This document shows, one piece after another, positions 8,949-17,920 of a stretch of DNA of 36,608 nucleotides. The notes under the pieces were generated by a model. It searched no databases. It was not told the origin of the DNA and saw only the letters and a list, made by a program, of their open reading frames with translations. Numbering within the stretch: position 1 is the first letter of the stretch; each line of letters opens with the position of its first letter. A program made the position numbers and the translations under genes. The DNA lies in sequence record SRR31156797_3571; one strand, given 5' to 3'.

Positions 8949-9650
8949 TTAGTTCTCTTCCCCTTTTTCAAACAACTGATTGATAATTTCTATGTTTTCA
9001 TTCTCAATCTTATCGAAAATCTCCCGCTCGAAATCGGCAAAGCCCTCTTTATCCTTACTGTATTTTATTTTTCCCTTTTCAAGATAGTGAATGAAATCAC
9101 ACAGATTGGTTAGAGTTTCTATAATGTGAGAAGTCACAATAATGGTTTTGCCATTCTCTTTTAAGCGAAGCAAAATCATGCGAATAATTCTGCAGGTTTC
9201 TATGTCGATTCCGTTAAAGGGTTCATCAAGAATTAGTAAAGGTTTATCTTGCTTTAAGATGCCCAATAAAGCCAATTTCTTCTTCATTCCTGTTGAATAT
9301 CCATCAATGATATGATCCAATGGCAAATCGAATAACAAATTCCATTTCTCGAGATCGAACTCTTTACTTGTAAACAAGTTGAGATACTCTCTGCCCGTTA
9401 TGTTGGCATAAAAGAAATTCTCAGTGACCAAATAAGCCAATGATTTTTTATTGATTTTATTCCCATCATTCAATATCTCACCACTATCAACATTTTTTAA
9501 GCCAAACATGCTATTCAATAGTGTTGTTTTTCCAGCACCATTTAAACCCACAATTCCATGTATCATTCCATCTTGTAACAACAAGTTCAGGTTATCAATT
9601 ACAGGTTCATTCTTTCGGTAGGATATGTTCAGATTCTTAATTGTAATCAT
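8949..9650 (-). CDS. ABC transporter ATP-binding protein (exporter type)
   Basis: Walker A GLNGAGKTT, signature YSTGMKKK, Walker B LLILDEPFNG, H-loop TSH. Confidence 0.93.
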   Translation of the reverse strand: MITIKNLNISYRKNEPVIDNLNLLLQDGMIHGIVGLNGAGKTTLLNSMFGLKNVDSGEILNDGNKINKKSLAYLVTENFFYANITGREYLNLFTSKEFDLEKWNLLFDLPLDHIIDGYSTGMKKKLALLGILKQDKPLLILDEPFNGIDIETCRIIRMILLRLKENGKTIIVTSHIIETLTNLCDFIHYLEKGKIKYSKDKEGFADFEREIFDKIENENIEIINQLFEKGEEN

Positions 9651-10584
9651 TTAAATAGAAATTGAGTTTATCAATTGATTTTAGGTAATGACGAATGGTC
9701 AACAGACAAACCAAAGGAATAAATACTGGAATAAAACAACCTAAGGCTCCAAAGGCTCCGAACATTTGCGCTGCCGGAGATTTTGTGTTGGGTTCATAAA
9801 AAGCATATTTGGTTGCAATCACATAAACATGCAGAAATATAAAAATTACATATTCAGCTATAGGAATGTACCATTTGTCGAAGTGGAAAATGAGAAACAT
9901 TAAAATAAGAGGAGTTACTATTATCGAAAATAAGAGCAACTGCCTTTTAACTTTTAATAGCAAAAACTGTTTCGCATTTAATTCATGCAGTAATAATACT
10001 TGGTATGATTCACATTCTTCATAAAAACTGAAGGTTAATAATCCCAAAATAAAAATGACAATTGGTACTACTCCAATACTAAATGAAGCAATAAGAGCAA
10101 ATATCCAAACGATACTTATTGTAAAAAAATATTTTCTTATTCCTGCTTTCCATTCAAAAGAATCTGCTGGAATTGCAGCTTGTAAACGACTGTTTAAAAC
10201 TCTGTGTTTAGTTGTAATATCGAACAATGACACTAATAATATTCCAATGCACAATTCAAGAATCGATAGCCATTGCAAATGAATTAGCAATAGCAAAAGT
10301 ACAGGAACAGAAAGAAAAACATATTCAAATAAAATCAATCTTTTATGATGTGAATAATGAGTTTTTAGAAACAACTTATCTCCTCGTTTAATATGAATTG
10401 ATAGTAATAATAGAACAAATCCTACACTAACAATCTGAGAGTACAATTTATAAGAAGTATAAGAGTATAAAAGAGATCCTACAAAAAAGAGTAAGCCGCA
10501 TAAAAACACAGAACGAAACAAACCAATTTGAACAATTGCTCTGTAGGCTTGCTTTACCCTTATCAACATCAATGCTTTTACCAT
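9637..10584 (-). CDS. Putative ABC exporter membrane subunit
   Basis: Highly hydrophobic multi-TM ORF overlapping the ATPase start by 14 nt; no substrate-binding protein gene nearby. Confidence 0.75.
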   Translation of the reverse strand: MVKALMLIRVKQAYRAIVQIGLFRSVFLCGLLFFVGSLLYSYTSYKLYSQIVSVGFVLLLLSIHIKRGDKLFLKTHYSHHKRLILFEYVFLSVPVLLLLLIHLQWLSILELCIGILLVSLFDITTKHRVLNSRLQAAIPADSFEWKAGIRKYFFTISIVWIFALIASFSIGVVPIVIFILGLLTFSFYEECESYQVLLLHELNAKQFLLLKVKRQLLLFSIIVTPLILMFLIFHFDKWYIPIAEYVIFIFLHVYVIATKYAFYEPNTKSPAAQMFGAFGALGCFIPVFIPLVCLLTIRHYLKSIDKLNFYLNDYN

Positions 10585-10640
10585 ACAGGAATTTCGTTAT
10601 TCGTCGTGCTAATCTACAAAACATTTGCTTATCAATAAAA

Positions 10641-11849
10641 CTACATTTCCAATTCTTTAAATAAAACTTGTAATGCTGGCTTTATATTTACTGGTGAAGT
10701 TTTATGCAAACAAATCTTAGTACATTCATTAAATTGCATAAAGGTTTTCATTTCTTTACTTAAGGCAATAGAAAATGCCTCTATATTCGATAGATTAGGC
10801 TCTAAAACCAGATTATTGATATGCAATATAGATGTTTTTCTATCGGCTTTACAATCCATACGGGCAATCAATTTTCCATCCCACAATATTGGCAAGGAAA
10901 AATAACCATATTTACGCTTTGCTTCAGGAACGTAACATTCTATTTGATAATCGAAATCGAATAGTGCCTGCATTCGCTTTCGCTGAATAAGCAAATTATC
11001 AAAAGGTGAAAGAATCTTTAGTTTACTTCTTGATAAAGGCTTATTCAACAACTCAAGAGAAGATGGCAAAACAAAATAGTTCGTATCATTTACTTTAATC
11101 TCCAGTACTTCTCCATTTGAAAGCATTTCCTTTAAGGTATCAAGTACAAGAGTCTTGGTGTTTTTTAATAAATAAGACATTTCGGCTGCCTGTCCCACTC
11201 CATTTGCTTCCAAGTATCGGGTAATTAAAAATCGTGCATGCTCCTCTTGACCCGGTATACTGGTATCAATTCCTTTTGGCAATACTCTTTCGGTAAGATC
11301 ATATACTTTATGAAAATTCACCCGAGAAGGAATCATGAGATCTCCCTGCATGAACAGATATTCCAAAGCACGCTTGGCAGGCTTGCTTGCCCAATCCATA
11401 TTTTTTGCTCCAGTATGCTCAAAATCTTTAGCCATTAGTGGTCCTTCACTCTCAATTCTTTTTAGAACCATGTTTATCATCTTCTCATCCCGATCGTACC
11501 AATGTTTCTGTTCTCCGCTAGCAATTGCCTTTTTTCGAACTAAGCTAAATCGGTAATCGCGCATAGGTAAATAGGCTGCCGCATGCGACCAATATTCAAA
11601 TACTTTTTTATCGGCAACTAATTGATCCAAATGGGAATTTTGATAGCGTGGGTTTCTATTCCACAAAGTATGATGATGAGCTCTCTGAATTACTGAAATG
11701 GTATCTATCTGGACATAACCGAGATTTTCAATAGCTGATAAAGTAGCTTCAATTGCACTCCCACTTTTCTTTGCCGGTGGCAATTTCTGTGATAGTAATA
11801 CCAGTTTTCTGGCTTCTTGATTTGATAGGGATTCAATTGATTTTGGCAT
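10641..11849 (-). CDS. ycaQ: YcaQ/AlkZ-family (HTH_42) crosslink-repair DNA glycosylase
   Basis: LGYVQIDTISVIQRAH (QxD catalytic motif), FEYWSHAA, LSPFDNL and YQIECYVPEAKRKYGYF. Confidence 0.9.
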   Translation of the reverse strand: MPKSIESLSNQEARKLVLLSQKLPPAKKSGSAIEATLSAIENLGYVQIDTISVIQRAHHHTLWNRNPRYQNSHLDQLVADKKVFEYWSHAAAYLPMRDYRFSLVRKKAIASGEQKHWYDRDEKMINMVLKRIESEGPLMAKDFEHTGAKNMDWASKPAKRALEYLFMQGDLMIPSRVNFHKVYDLTERVLPKGIDTSIPGQEEHARFLITRYLEANGVGQAAEMSYLLKNTKTLVLDTLKEMLSNGEVLEIKVNDTNYFVLPSSLELLNKPLSRSKLKILSPFDNLLIQRKRMQALFDFDYQIECYVPEAKRKYGYFSLPILWDGKLIARMDCKADRKTSILHINNLVLEPNLSNIEAFSIALSKEMKTFMQFNECTKICLHKTSPVNIKPALQVLFKELEM

Positions 11850-11881
11850 ACATATATTTTAAAATTCCAGTCTTGAATGTG

Positions 11882-11889
11882 CAAAACTA
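11882..11889 (-). promoter_or_regulatory. -7 promoter element (TAGTTTTG) for ycaQ
   Basis: TAnnTTTG match about 33 nt upstream of ATG. Confidence 0.55.
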
Positions 11890-11913
11890 AAAGTTCTTTC
11901 TTAAATAATTTTC

Positions 11914-11943
11914 AAAAAAAAAGCTGAGCCACAGCCCAAGCTT
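11914..11943 (-). terminator. Intrinsic terminator
   Basis: AGCUUGGGC-UGUG-GCUCAGCU hairpin followed by a long U-run on the minus strand. Confidence 0.65.
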
Positions 11944-11973
11944 AAATATACTTTAATCAACAATTAATTTTGT

Positions 11974-12351
11974 TTATTCTACACACCATTTTTTAGCATC
12001 TTCAACATCCTCAAACATCCTACAAATCCAATTAGTATTCTGCATTTTCTTTTCGTAAGCTCGAACCAAAGTTTGTAAAAAACTATCTTTGGTAACATGA
12101 GCCACTTTTACTCTTCTATTCCATCTTGTTGCATGCTCTTCTAAACTCGATATCACAAATACTTCACCCTCGGTTAAATTTATACATGAAACATCTGTAA
12201 AATCAGCTATTTGATGATTCATATGATTAAATTTTGAGTTACCATAAATCATACCATTAACCTCTCTAAAATCTTTAAAAGTCAATTCCCCATAAAACCT
12301 CACATGTGCATCATTCTCTCTCCACTCAATTTCAAAACTCATAACTTCCAA
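11974..12351 (-). CDS. Small hypothetical protein, STAS/SEC14 (SpoIIAA-like) fold
   Basis: Pattern VRFYGELT..IADFTDV..KVAHV..MFEDVEDAKKWC is typical of SpoIIAA-like small proteins. The start may be ATG 12342. Confidence 0.65.
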   Translation of the reverse strand: MEVMSFEIEWRENDAHVRFYGELTFKDFREVNGMIYGNSKFNHMNHQIADFTDVSCINLTEGEVFVISSLEEHATRWNRRVKVAHVTKDSFLQTLVRAYEKKMQNTNWICRMFEDVEDAKKWCVE

Positions 12352-12467
12352 ACTTATTAACTCACAAAAATTTAAATTCTCAAAAATATCAACTTTATAA
12401 TAATTTACAAGTTCGGATATTTTCTAGAAATTTTCATAGAATAATTAACACAAACTCCAATAACTGC

Positions 12468-12493
12468 AAACTCCCACAAAAAATGTGAGAGTC
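12468..12493 (-). terminator. Possible terminator after radical SAM gene
   Basis: ACUCUCACA/UGUGGGAGU stem with only a weak U-tract. Confidence 0.45.
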
Positions 12494-12527
12494 TATTTTA
12501 TTTATAATCGCTTTTATCCGTAAAATC

Positions 12528-13466
12528 TTACTCTTCTTTCAACTGGTAAAAGACACCTCTTTCCTGTTCTAATTTAAGAATTTGATTTTTGCCATTTAAA
12601 ACTTCTAAACACTTACTTACCTCCTCGTTACACATTCCTAAAATGGTACTTAAATCTTCAAGCGTACAAGGTCGACGCGATATGGTTTCCAAAATTGCAT
12701 TTTCTATATCTTTTCGATAGGATTGTTCTTTATTTGTCTGTTTTACTTTTGCAATAATTTCAACATTATCCAATTGCCAAAAATCAATCACTCTTTGCAA
12801 TTCATTTTGAGTAGCCCCTCTTAAATCAGCTACTGTTCCCGGTCTATCCAAGGTATTTAACTGGACTGAATCATGCTTTATTTTCTGAATTAATTTTTTA
12901 AGTTCTGTAAGTTCGTTTTCACTATCATTATAACCTGGAAGAACAAATATTTCCAACCAAATTTTGCCTTTGAACTCATTACAGAAATCAATTAATCCAT
13001 TAATGTATTGTTCAAAATCCAACTCCTTATGCGGTCGATTAATTTTTCTAAAAACCTCTTCTGTAGCTGCATCTAAAGAAGGAAGAACAAGGTCAACATC
13101 CATCATTGCCTCTCTCACCTTTTTATCATGAAGTAGAGTTCCATTGGTAATTAAAGCCACAGAAATTCCCGGATTATCATGTTTGATAAATTGTAGAATC
13201 TCTCCCAAATTCTCATTTAATGTCGGTTCTCCCGATGCTGTTATGGTAATGTAATCAGGATTAGGATTATTTTCTAAGTAATGCTTTAATTCATCAATAA
13301 TTTTATCAGCTTCTATATACGCCTTTCGTTCAACAGACAGCTTGGTAGTTTTTCCAACTTCGCAATAAACACAGTCTATCGAACACACTTTTTTAGGAAC
13401 CAAATCAAGTCCTAACGAAATACCTAACCTTCTGGAGGGAACAGGTCCAAACAAATATTTATACAT
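12528..13466 (-). CDS. Radical SAM protein (COG0731-like, function unknown) with C-terminal HTH-like tail
   Basis: FGPVPSRRLGISLG, CSIDCVYC (CxxxCxxC), SGEPTL, ITNGTLL and SLDAA; TAACTTTG promoter box at 13500-13507. Confidence 0.9.
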   Translation of the reverse strand: MYKYLFGPVPSRRLGISLGLDLVPKKVCSIDCVYCEVGKTTKLSVERKAYIEADKIIDELKHYLENNPNPDYITITASGEPTLNENLGEILQFIKHDNPGISVALITNGTLLHDKKVREAMMDVDLVLPSLDAATEEVFRKINRPHKELDFEQYINGLIDFCNEFKGKIWLEIFVLPGYNDSENELTELKKLIQKIKHDSVQLNTLDRPGTVADLRGATQNELQRVIDFWQLDNVEIIAKVKQTNKEQSYRKDIENAILETISRRPCTLEDLSTILGMCNEEVSKCLEVLNGKNQILKLEQERGVFYQLKEE

Positions 13467-13584
13467 TCTGCTAATCTTTTACCTTATCAAATCTGTTGAC
13501 AAAGTTAATAGCTTAGGTGGGATTGACGATCTTTTCGTTCAATTAATCAGGATCTCAATTTTATAACTTACAAATGCTTTTGTA

Positions 13585-14586
13585 TTATTGAAGAGCATAT
13601 TCGTATGGTAATTTATCCCCAATGCGTTTTTTTGCCATATATCCCTCCCAAAAAAGTCCAACATCGAAGTAACCACCTTTATCAAAAAACACCCTCTTTC
13701 TCCCAATACTTAAAACACTTACATCCGTGTAATAATAAATAGTTAATGGTTTTGAATACGTAATAAATTTCTTTACACCTGCATCTGAACTTAATAAATC
13801 AGGATTGACTCTAAAAGCGAAATTGGAGCTGATTAATTCCTCGCCATATTTATTTCTGATTGAAAAACCATTTGCTTCAAGATTATTCTCCCATAAAGAT
13901 CGAAAAAAGTGCATTCTTGAACCCAGATAGGCATCCTTTCTATTTTTAATACAATTCGAATTATTCGGATCCGATTTCGCTAAATCTTCCTTAAAAATAA
14001 TATTCCCAATATATTGAAATGTTTGATCTTGATTGCAAAATTCAAATTTATCTAAATAATATAAAATCTTATATCCTAATGCATGATTTACAACCTCTAT
14101 TGGCTTTGATGAAAATGCTTTTAGTGTATCCTTGGCACTCATGTAATTAAAACTAATGTCTTTTTCGTTTGTAATTTCACACTTCACTCCATTCTTCGTA
14201 TTGCCCAAAAATTGAGCCTTAAATATTCGTAAATATTTTTTTCTTTTTCTTACAAGAGATTTATCCTTAACACTTATCTCCATAATCTCATATTCTTTTG
14301 GTTTTAAGTATATAGTTATTGAATCTCCAATTGAGAAATCGTTTAGCGTAACAGAGTAATAACCAATTGAACTAACTACCAATGGCATTTTATTATTCTG
14401 AGGTATTTTTAAGGAAAAATTACCATCCATATCCGAAGTTGTTCCTACAAATGTTTTATCAAAATAAATCGTTGCAAAACAAATTTTTTCTTTGGTTTTA
14501 TCATCTACAACGACCCCCTTAATAATTTGTGCGTGAGATACACAAGCAAGACATATTATAAATACAATTCCGATAAGTTTTTTCAT
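13585..14586 (-). CDS. Secreted protein with carboxypeptidase-regulatory-like (CarbopepD_reg_2) N-terminal domain
   Basis: Signal peptide; IKGVVVDDKTKEKI.FATI..GTTSDMDGNFSL..LVVSSIGY; ends in RIGDKLPYEY. Confidence 0.85.
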   Translation of the reverse strand: MKKLIGIVFIICLACVSHAQIIKGVVVDDKTKEKICFATIYFDKTFVGTTSDMDGNFSLKIPQNNKMPLVVSSIGYYSVTLNDFSIGDSITIYLKPKEYEIMEISVKDKSLVRKRKKYLRIFKAQFLGNTKNGVKCEITNEKDISFNYMSAKDTLKAFSSKPIEVVNHALGYKILYYLDKFEFCNQDQTFQYIGNIIFKEDLAKSDPNNSNCIKNRKDAYLGSRMHFFRSLWENNLEANGFSIRNKYGEELISSNFAFRVNPDLLSSDAGVKKFITYSKPLTIYYYTDVSVLSIGRKRVFFDKGGYFDVGLFWEGYMAKKRIGDKLPYEYALQ

Positions 14587-14688
14587 TTTCTTTATTGTTG
14601 ATTAGGAATAAACACCTCCTAATCTACAAAACAATAACAAGTTAACAAAACACAAGATCGTAAAATCTATTATTTACATATTTTAAAT

Positions 14689-15531
14689 TTAGAGTAGAAA
14701 TGAATCAAAATTATTTAAAGGCTGAAAACCTAATTCCCTTTTGGCTTTCTCAATAGAATATACTCTATCAATTTTTTCAAGAAATGTCCAATTCTTTTGA
14801 GCGTATATCTCCTCAATATTGGGATAATACTTTTTCAGCACCTTTTTAGGATGCATATATAAATCGAATAAATCCTCTCTTTGGAAAGGGCTATCATTGG
14901 AAATATTATAAATCTGAAAGGAATCAAAACTTTTTTCCAAAGCTAGCAGGTGTCCTAATGCTCCATCCTTTTCATCTAAACCTCTGTACATCCTATGATT
15001 GGCTTTGGTATTGTCATCTTCAGGTAAAAATCTTGAAACTCGCAAAACTGTTGTTTCCACACCTTCCTTCTCGAAGTAATCCTTGCACAACAATTCACAT
15101 GTTAACTTTGTGATATCGTAAATATCTCTAGGCTCAGGAACCAATTCCTCATCTACCCAAACAGCCTGATTATCATCAACCATAGCAGTCCCATAAATAG
15201 ATGTTGTACTTGTATATATAAATTTTCCAATTCCATTTTTCACACAAGCTGTCAAAAGGTTATGAGTTCCCTTAATATTGGTATTTATAAATTTCTCTCT
15301 GGGATAATTTAAATCAGTGTGTTTACCGTGCAAAGCAGCAGTATGAATAATTGCATGATATCCTTTCGTAATATTTTCAACGGCATTTCTATCTCTAATG
15401 TCGAGGATATGATCTGTTGTTTCACTTTCAATTAAATCAAGTGCTAGTACTTCATGGTTATGACCTCTTAACAATCCTACTATCTCGCGTCCTAATTTAC
15501 CTGCTGATCCTGTAACAACAATTTTCTTCAT
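14689..15531 (-). CDS. NAD-dependent epimerase/dehydratase (extended SDR)
   Basis: TGSAGKLG Rossmann motif, IIHTAA, YTST and catalytic YDITK. Confidence 0.9.
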   Translation of the reverse strand: MKKIVVTGSAGKLGREIVGLLRGHNHEVLALDLIESETTDHILDIRDRNAVENITKGYHAIIHTAALHGKHTDLNYPREKFINTNIKGTHNLLTACVKNGIGKFIYTSTTSIYGTAMVDDNQAVWVDEELVPEPRDIYDITKLTCELLCKDYFEKEGVETTVLRVSRFLPEDDNTKANHRMYRGLDEKDGALGHLLALEKSFDSFQIYNISNDSPFQREDLFDLYMHPKKVLKKYYPNIEEIYAQKNWTFLEKIDRVYSIEKAKRELGFQPLNNFDSFLL

Positions 15532-15573
15532 ATCACTGATTATTCAATTTAATATTTGAATAGTAAATCTATG

Positions 15574-15622
15574 AAAAAATAAATGCGGGATTAGGACAAT
15601 TGTCTTAATCCCGCATTTTATT
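15574..15622 (-). terminator. Long hairpin terminator after zincin-like lipoprotein gene
   Basis: AAATGCGGGATTAGGACAA/TTGTCTTAATCCCGCATTT, 19-nt arms with one mismatch, followed by a U-rich tail on the minus strand. Confidence 0.8.
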
Positions 15623-15631
15623 TCAATAATC

Positions 15632-16495
15632 TTAATGCATATAAGTGCCATCAGGCAATACAGTAGGGAGTTTAAATCTTGGATCAGTTAAGACATTATA
15701 GATTTCTGTATCACGATCTTTCACCAATTCTTTAGTATGTAATTTCCACTCATGACCAATTTCGTTGGCTCTGTTTTCCTGAGCTCCTAAAATTGAACTC
15801 ATAGCCCAATACAAATACTCAACTGTCTGACAATCTGCATATCCACAAGTTTTATCGTCGTAGGTATACCAGGCATTCTCAGGATAAGTAGTTGGTATTT
15901 TCATAAATTGCCCGCCTCTTGCAACATCCATTGCATTAGCCAATACAGTTCCAGCTTCTAATCCGAACACTTCCGGATATACCTGGCAATGACCTGCGAA
16001 ATTGATCAAATGCCAAACCTCTTCAATCGCCGCATCAATTTCACCTTTTTTCCCATTCTTTACAAAAGAAGGATTGGTTTCATCATTACCTAAATCTTGA
16101 CCCGCGGCATCATCAGGCATGTTTATATTCTCCATGTCCGATTCTGCTGCCCACATGAATAAGAAAGCATTTTGCTTTTTCATGGAAGCCAAAACCAATT
16201 CATTATCTATAACACCATCTTCATCATTATCCAGATATTGAGCCATTACATTTGCTGCATGCAATAATTTTAAATCATCAACTGCTTTTACCGCGTAAAT
16301 AGGGATTCCAAAAACCTCTACTTTTCGATTCACTCCTATGAAGCCTTTATCATTATTTGCAACTATTTTAAAATTTGGATCATTTCCCGCTTCAACTGAT
16401 TTCACTTCCGAATCATCACTATCTTTCGAACATGACACACATGCTGTCATCAGCATAATTGTTCCCAACACTATCATCGAAATTAATTGTCTCAT
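15632..16495 (-). CDS. Uncharacterised lipoprotein, possible zincin-like metalloprotein
   Basis: Lipobox VS-C then SKDSDDSE; DNDEDG loop; EEVWH..H segment; downstream EYLYW. Confidence 0.7.
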   Translation of the reverse strand: MRQLISMIVLGTIMLMTACVSCSKDSDDSEVKSVEAGNDPNFKIVANNDKGFIGVNRKVEVFGIPIYAVKAVDDLKLLHAANVMAQYLDNDEDGVIDNELVLASMKKQNAFLFMWAAESDMENINMPDDAAGQDLGNDETNPSFVKNGKKGEIDAAIEEVWHLINFAGHCQVYPEVFGLEAGTVLANAMDVARGGQFMKIPTTYPENAWYTYDDKTCGYADCQTVEYLYWAMSSILGAQENRANEIGHEWKLHTKELVKDRDTEIYNVLTDPRFKLPTVLPDGTYMH

Positions 16496-16585
16496 ACATC
16501 TTGTTTTTTGAAATTAAACATCAAACCGATTCAAACAACCGGTCAACAAATGAACGTTCAATTTTGAAAAATAGGTAATCAAAAG

Positions 16586-16609
16586 AGTCCGATTGCTTCT
16601 ATTCGGACT
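16586..16609. promoter_or_regulatory. Inverted repeat AGTCCGA-N10-TCGGACT (candidate AraC operator or terminator)
   Basis: Perfect 7-bp dyad spanning the AraC stop codon, about 90 nt upstream of the lipoprotein ATG. Confidence 0.5.
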
Positions 16610-17663
16610 TTTTAAGCAACAACTCGTACTGCTTTGGAGTGATACCTTCCATAGCTTTAAAGGCAGTGTAAAATGTAGATTTTGAATTGAATCCAGCCTC
16701 TTCAGCCAAGCCTTGTAAAGACAAATGTGTGGCTTTTTCAGATTCAAGTAGAATTTTGAATTCGTTTACCCGAAATTGATTAATGAACTGATAAAAGTTC
16801 TGATTTGACTGTTGATTTATTAATCGGGAAATCTCTTTTTCGTTTAAACCTACGCTATCTGAAAGAGATCTTAAATTTAATTTAGCTTGTGTAAACAGCT
16901 TTCCTTCCTGAATCTTTAAACAAAGTGAATCGTATTTTAAAGCATCCTCATCAGCTTGTTCATCTATTTCATTTTCCTCACGTTTTACCAGAGAAAAAAG
17001 TTTCATTTTAAAAGTCTCTGATTGCGAAAATCCATTGTGACCAATCCAAAACACTACAAAGAATGTTAAGACCGTAGATGCTGCAGCAAAATAATCGATT
17101 ACAAATTCATTTTGGAAGGCAATAATATCTTCTATAATCCACAATACATGAAAAGCAAAAAATATAAATACAATCACTTTAATCCAATGTAGTGACTTAT
17201 GCTCGAGTTCAGAATAAAAATCATTTACCTTTTTGCGATGTGATTTTAAAACGGAAAGGATAAAAACCAAAATACTCAAATTGAAGAGATACTCGAAGTA
17301 AATAAAAGACTGCAAATCTAAGCCAACAAAAAATAATATATTCTGAATTATTCCTGCTAAAAACAATAAATAAAACCATGGCTTATTGTTACTATTCATT
17401 GTTTGATGAATGTACAACAATAAAAATGGAACCGTAAATAATGACGTTTGAACAAGCCAAATATCTCTGTCGATTATTGATTGTGTCAACACATCGGCAA
17501 CCTCACCAAACAAACACAATAGGACAAATCCTAAAAACACATTCGCTTTTTTATTCTCCGATTTAGAAAATAGAAACAAAACACCAAGCATCAGAGCCAT
17601 AGACGCTGTTAGTAACTCGATTGCTGATATTAAAGTAAGTTCCAATTGTAGTGAGTCGGTCAT
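16599..17663 (-). CDS. Membrane-anchored AraC family transcriptional regulator
   Basis: About 6-7 N-terminal TM segments; C-terminal NFYQFINQFRVNEFK..LAEEAGFNSKSTFYTAFK..GITP AraC HTH; TAGATTTG promoter box at 17690-17697. Confidence 0.93.
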   Translation of the reverse strand: MTDSLQLELTLISAIELLTASMALMLGVLFLFSKSENKKANVFLGFVLLCLFGEVADVLTQSIIDRDIWLVQTSLFTVPFLLLYIHQTMNSNNKPWFYLLFLAGIIQNILFFVGLDLQSFIYFEYLFNLSILVFILSVLKSHRKKVNDFYSELEHKSLHWIKVIVFIFFAFHVLWIIEDIIAFQNEFVIDYFAAASTVLTFFVVFWIGHNGFSQSETFKMKLFSLVKREENEIDEQADEDALKYDSLCLKIQEGKLFTQAKLNLRSLSDSVGLNEKEISRLINQQSNQNFYQFINQFRVNEFKILLESEKATHLSLQGLAEEAGFNSKSTFYTAFKAMEGITPKQYELLLKKSE

Positions 17664-17920
17664 CTATTTTTATTTACCTATTCAACTCCCAAATCTAGAA
17701 AATATTTTTAGCAGCTTCGTTTCTTTTCAAAATCAAACACAAACATTAGGAGACTATTTACCATCTAAGTAAATTACATTTATAGTTAGACTCAATTTTG
17801 CCTTAGCCCTTCCTTTTTCGTAAATTGAATAATGCACAGATATTCAAAGAATAAATCTGTTCTTTTGAGCACTTCTGATCCTTTACTCCTTCTTTTATCT
17901 GAACATCTAAAATTATTCCA

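Noticed and set aside
15581..15618. 38-nt near-perfect palindrome considered as a CRISPR repeat or MITE
   Set aside because: Single copy directly after a stop codon with a U-rich tail; best explained as a terminator.
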